From a virus: DNA of 64,000 nucleotides. Below the pieces are notes generated by a model, which saw only the letters and a list, made by a program, of their open reading frames with translations, was not told the origin of the DNA and ran no database searches. A program made the translations under genes and the position numbers. The stretch spans positions 1-64,000 of IMG/VR virus record IMGVR_UViG_3300025727_000008. One strand, written 5' to 3'. The stretch's first letter is position 1. Each line of letters opens with the position of its first letter. Positions 60,440 through 64,000 of this stretch are shown in pieces.

Positions 60440-60837
60440 ATAAGAAAGCATTGACTGTTCATTTTCCTGCACCATTACCAGCAGAAATACCTTGCCCTAT
60501 TTGTGAAGGCAATAAATGTAAGGTTTGTGATAAAACAGGTAAGATGAAATTAGTAGTAGATGCTAAAGTACCAATACAAAGAAATCTTATTATAAAATAT
60601 ATTTCTAATAATTTAGAACATATAGCAATAGAATTATCTAGACAGTATGGTTTAGTTCCTGAAGTTAATACTGAAGAAATATTTGAGTGTGATGAAGGAA
60701 CAACATATGAAATTGCAAAGATAAGTAGTTTAGGTGGAGTGATATGGATAGCAAGCAGATTAGACAAATTAGAATCTCCTAGATATTTTAATAGTGTTAA
60801 AGAATTAACTCGATTTAAAGAAGGGTGGTTTACATGA
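60436..60837 (+). CDS. Zn-finger protein (CxxCxGxxCxxC)
   Basis: CPICEGNKCKVCDKTG; likely start MNKKAL. Confidence 0.6.
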   Translation: MNKKALTVHFPAPLPAEIPCPICEGNKCKVCDKTGKMKLVVDAKVPIQRNLIIKYISNNLEHIAIELSRQYGLVPEVNTEEIFECDEGTTYEIAKISSLGGVIWIASRLDKLESPRYFNSVKELTRFKEGWFT

Positions 60838-61064
60838 GTGATGATATGGATATAATAGCAAGAGTACCACGAAATGCTACCACTGAACTATTAATCAAAA
60901 CAGGAACTTTTTGGAAAATTGAAGTGGTAGATATTAGATGGTATTCTGATGGTAAACCAACAAGAAAAGGAGTAAGAATAAATATGGATGAATTGCCTAC
61001 TTTAATTAAGGCACTTCAAAAAATTAATAATAAAAATGAGGCAAACAAGGATGAGTCTGAGTAG
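60834..61064 (+). CDS. PC4-family ssDNA-binding protein
   Basis: VDIRWY..GKPTRKGVRINMDEL. Confidence 0.8.
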   Translation: MSDDMDIIARVPRNATTELLIKTGTFWKIEVVDIRWYSDGKPTRKGVRINMDELPTLIKALQKINNKNEANKDESE

Positions 61065-62580
61065 ATTATCAAAAATGTGTGAAGCAATAGAAATAACTAA
61101 TAGTTTCAAAGATAAAATTAAAATTATAGATGAATCGTTGAGTTCATTTTCTAATCCTAAATTAGTGTTAGATATTCTAACTCTAAATTTAGAAACTAAT
61201 TCTATTGGTAATAAACGAGCAATAACTTGGGTTGCTAATGCTTTAGAGTTGTTTGAAGAAGAAGTTAAAAGTCAAGAAGAAATATGGGGAGATATAGGAG
61301 AAGGACTGTATCAATATTTACCTAGTAAAGAAGATAGTAAACTTTCAATTAAAGAAGTTTATTCCTTATTATTATTAGATTGTTCTAGTATTAACAGTAA
61401 TTCATATGTTATTTTTGCTAGTGCAATAAAAGATATGTCTGATTTAGAGATTAAATGGTTTATTAGATATTGGTTAAGGATTCCTAGAAATAGAGTTTCA
61501 TATTCAATTGTTGTTAAGGCAATAAATAAAAGATTTCCTAATAATGATGTAATTAAATTATGTAATATACAACATGTTTCAATAGTATTTTCTTATTTAG
61601 AATCAGGTAGAACACCACCTACTACTATACAAACAGGAATGTTTCTAAAACCATCATTGGCTAAAACTTATAATTCTAATTTACCTTCAGAATATATTTT
61701 AGACATAAAGTATGATGGTAATAGATATCAAATACATAAAGATAATAAAAATGTTATGATTTTTAATAGAAAAGGTAAACTTGTAACTCATCAGTTTCCT
61801 GATGTAGCAGAACAGGTTTCACACTTCAATGCCAATAGTTGTATTTTAGATACTGAAATATATCCCATAATTAAAAATGGTAGTATAGACCCTGCACCAC
61901 ACAAGAAAATGGCGGCAAGGGTACATTCCAAAGATAAACAAGAAGCCTTGCTTAAATGCCCAGTTAAAATGGTAATTTTTGATATTATACAATACATGGG
62001 TGAGTTATTAATTGACGAACCATATAGAATAAGGTTATCACATCTATTGGATTTTCCAATAGAAAATAGAGTATGGAGTTTTGATATAGATACTTCGATT
62101 GAATCAGCATATAACATTGCTATTAATAGAGGATTTGAGGGTATTATGATTAAAGATTTAAATGCCCCATACAAAAGTGGTAGGAGTAATAATATATTGA
62201 AACATAAACCTTCTAGAATAGAATTAGATGTAGTTATTACTTCTGCTGAATATGGTAAAGGTAGAAGGACAGGTGTGTTTAGTTCATTTGGAATTTCAGT
62301 AAAAACTGAAAATGGATATGAAAGTATAGGTAAAGTAGGCACTGGATTATCAGATAGTGATTTGCTACATCTAACAACAGAACTTAAGAAGATAATAGAT
62401 AACTATTCTTCGGATGTGTATTATGTATTACCTAGAATAGTTTTAGAAGTTAGATGTGATTTAATATCACAAGATTCTAATGGTAATTATGGATTAAGGT
62501 TTCCTAGAGTAGAGAGAATTAGAAATGATAAACACCCATATGATTGCAATACTTTAGAAGATGTTAAAAACAATAGGTAA
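61051..62580 (+). CDS. lig: ATP-dependent DNA ligase (archaeal type)
   Basis: DIKYDG, ILDTE, IFDI, EGIMIK, GKVGTG, LRFPR; N-terminal DBD. Confidence 0.93.
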   Translation: MSLSRLSKMCEAIEITNSFKDKIKIIDESLSSFSNPKLVLDILTLNLETNSIGNKRAITWVANALELFEEEVKSQEEIWGDIGEGLYQYLPSKEDSKLSIKEVYSLLLLDCSSINSNSYVIFASAIKDMSDLEIKWFIRYWLRIPRNRVSYSIVVKAINKRFPNNDVIKLCNIQHVSIVFSYLESGRTPPTTIQTGMFLKPSLAKTYNSNLPSEYILDIKYDGNRYQIHKDNKNVMIFNRKGKLVTHQFPDVAEQVSHFNANSCILDTEIYPIIKNGSIDPAPHKKMAARVHSKDKQEALLKCPVKMVIFDIIQYMGELLIDEPYRIRLSHLLDFPIENRVWSFDIDTSIESAYNIAINRGFEGIMIKDLNAPYKSGRSNNILKHKPSRIELDVVITSAEYGKGRRTGVFSSFGISVKTENGYESIGKVGTGLSDSDLLHLTTELKKIIDNYSSDVYYVLPRIVLEVRCDLISQDSNGNYGLRFPRVERIRNDKHPYDCNTLEDVKNNR

Positions 62581-62612
62581 AATATTAATTACCTACAGCC
62601 AAAGGCAAGTAT

Positions 62613-63014
62613 ATGTTAGACCGGAATGTGGTTCTTGGTATTTGTTCAATAATAGCAAAACCCACAGTATCAATTATTAAAGCCGAAAGATATAGTATGG
62701 GATATAGAGTTAAATTATCAATAGTATTTAGAAGCAATGCTGAAAGGTTGTTGGCACTTCAGCGTTGCTTCCTTCAAAACAATATAGAAAGTAAATATAA
62801 AATATCTGAATCAAAAAGTAGACAAAGACCTATTCTGATTATATCTAAGTTAAATGATATATCTAAATTTGTAGAAACATATGATATTGTTTCAGTATCT
62901 TTTAGTGATAATTGGGATATATTTATTAATGTTAAAAAATTAATAGGAGAAAACTCACATAAAACTATGAAGGGTCTTGATGAAATAATAGAATTAAAGG
63001 GGTATTTAATATGA
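62613..63014 (+). CDS. Degenerate LAGLIDADG-fold protein
   Basis: YRVKLSIVF, LIISKLNDI..F, HKTMKGLDEI resemble single-domain LAGLIDADG C-terminus; catalytic helix degenerate. Confidence 0.5.
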   Translation: MLDRNVVLGICSIIAKPTVSIIKAERYSMGYRVKLSIVFRSNAERLLALQRCFLQNNIESKYKISESKSRQRPILIISKLNDISKFVETYDIVSVSFSDNWDIFINVKKLIGENSHKTMKGLDEIIELKGYLI

Positions 63015-63340
63015 AGTGTGTTAGATGTAATCTAAGAAATACTTCATCAAATAAAGACATGTGTAACATGTGTTATCTAAATATATTAGATAATAAACCT
63101 AAAAATAAAGTTGATGATGTAGAGATATTAGAATATCATATTCACAAGGCTCTTTGGGATGGTTGCAACGATTGTGGTTGTAATGATTTTTATTGTGATG
63201 CAGGTATAAAAGAAGAAAAAGAAGTTAAATGGTACATATTAAAAGTTCGATGTCCCAATTGTAATAGTAATTATGAACAAATAATGGAAGTAAGAATAAA
63301 TGAGTTTAATAAAAATAAGCAAAGAACACATGAGCAGTAA
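63011..63340 (+). CDS. Multi-Zn-finger protein
   Basis: CVRC..CNMC, CNDC..CPNC. Confidence 0.6.
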   Translation: MKCVRCNLRNTSSNKDMCNMCYLNILDNKPKNKVDDVEILEYHIHKALWDGCNDCGCNDFYCDAGIKEEKEVKWYILKVRCPNCNSNYEQIMEVRINEFNKNKQRTHEQ

Positions 63341-64000
63341 GCCACTAATAGTTTTAGGCAATACTGCTATGGATAAAATGAAAAGAGCAAGAAGTTTTGT
63401 TTCTGATAGTCCAATAGTAATGTATGCCAATGAGTTTAATATTGTAGACAATTATAGTATTCCTAAAGATAGAGGAATTATAATAGATGAGATGCACTTT
63501 AAACCAAATAATGATTTAATTAAAAAAACTATATTAGAATATGCAGGACAAGTAGTATTGATTTCTGATAGTAAAAAAGCAGTGTTGCCTACAATATATA
63601 ATTTATGTGATATGAAAAGACCAACGGAAAAAATAGATGTGAAAAACATTTCACCAAGAGCAGATGAACCTGTTAATTATGAAGTAGATATGTTCACTTT
63701 AGCAAGAGAATATTTAACTAATAGAGATAGAGATGAAGTTGCATTAAAACTTAAGATAAATACACCAGCAGATAATCAATTATTATCTTGGATTGTTCCT
63801 AATATAAACCCTAACAAAATAGCGTTTATAGATAATAATGTTAAAAGACGCTGGAACAGTTCATATTTTTATGAGTTATTAGCATATTCTCATAATGGTA
63901 AACTAAGTGCTAAGATGGTTATGCCTACCAGAAGGAAATATTCTAAGTTAGGTAGTATCGCTAGTAGATTAGGATTAAGAAGGCATGAAACTTATTTGAT
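63300..64000 (+). CDS. Degenerate AAA+ / clamp-loader (RFC)-like protein, truncated
   Basis: KPLIVLGNTAMDK (degenerate Walker A), GIIIDE (Walker B), VVLIS; runs off window. Confidence 0.5.
   Translation, partial: MSLIKISKEHMSSKPLIVLGNTAMDKMKRARSFVSDSPIVMYANEFNIVDNYSIPKDRGIIIDEMHFKPNNDLIKKTILEYAGQVVLISDSKKAVLPTIYNLCDMKRPTEKIDVKNISPRADEPVNYEVDMFTLAREYLTNRDRDEVALKLKINTPADNQLLSWIVPNINPNKIAFIDNNVKRRWNSSYFYELLAYSHNGKLSAKMVMPTRRKYSKLGSIASRLGLRRHETYL

Overview
About 64 kb of an AT-rich head-tailed (Caudoviricetes) archaeal virus genome, most likely a siphovirus of marine Poseidoniales / Marine Group II type ('magrovirus'-like). The host inference rests on a viral TFB, archaeal-type ATP ligases, GGTGA Shine-Dalgarno motifs and TATA-box leaderless promoters. 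Left arm (1-43.6 kb, minus strand): virion morphogenesis, namely TerL, portal, a ligase, protease-scaffold, MCP, adaptor, tail tube, frameshifted tail chaperone, tape measure and tail tip. It also holds an Arf-like small GTPase/membrane-protein cassette and about 16 otherwise unrelated ORFs sharing an N-terminal M-[ST/N/D]-W-x-x-[IVL]-[LI]-K tag, a candidate capsid-targeting signal. Centre (43.6-47.1 kb, strand switch): an array of promoter-bearing gene cassettes bounded by ACCATATGGT palindromes, three MFDEED/MYDDED mini-ORFs, an iteron-like/(TC)25 origin candidate and a ~550 nt structured non-coding region. Right arm (47.1-64 kb, plus strand): UvrD helicase, class II RNR, TFB, PC4, a second ligase, an RFC-like protein and a dispersed ubiquitin-like conjugation set (Ubl-GG, ThiF/E1, JAB, candidate E2 and C4HC3 finger). 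All calls come from motif reading by eye; no searches were run.
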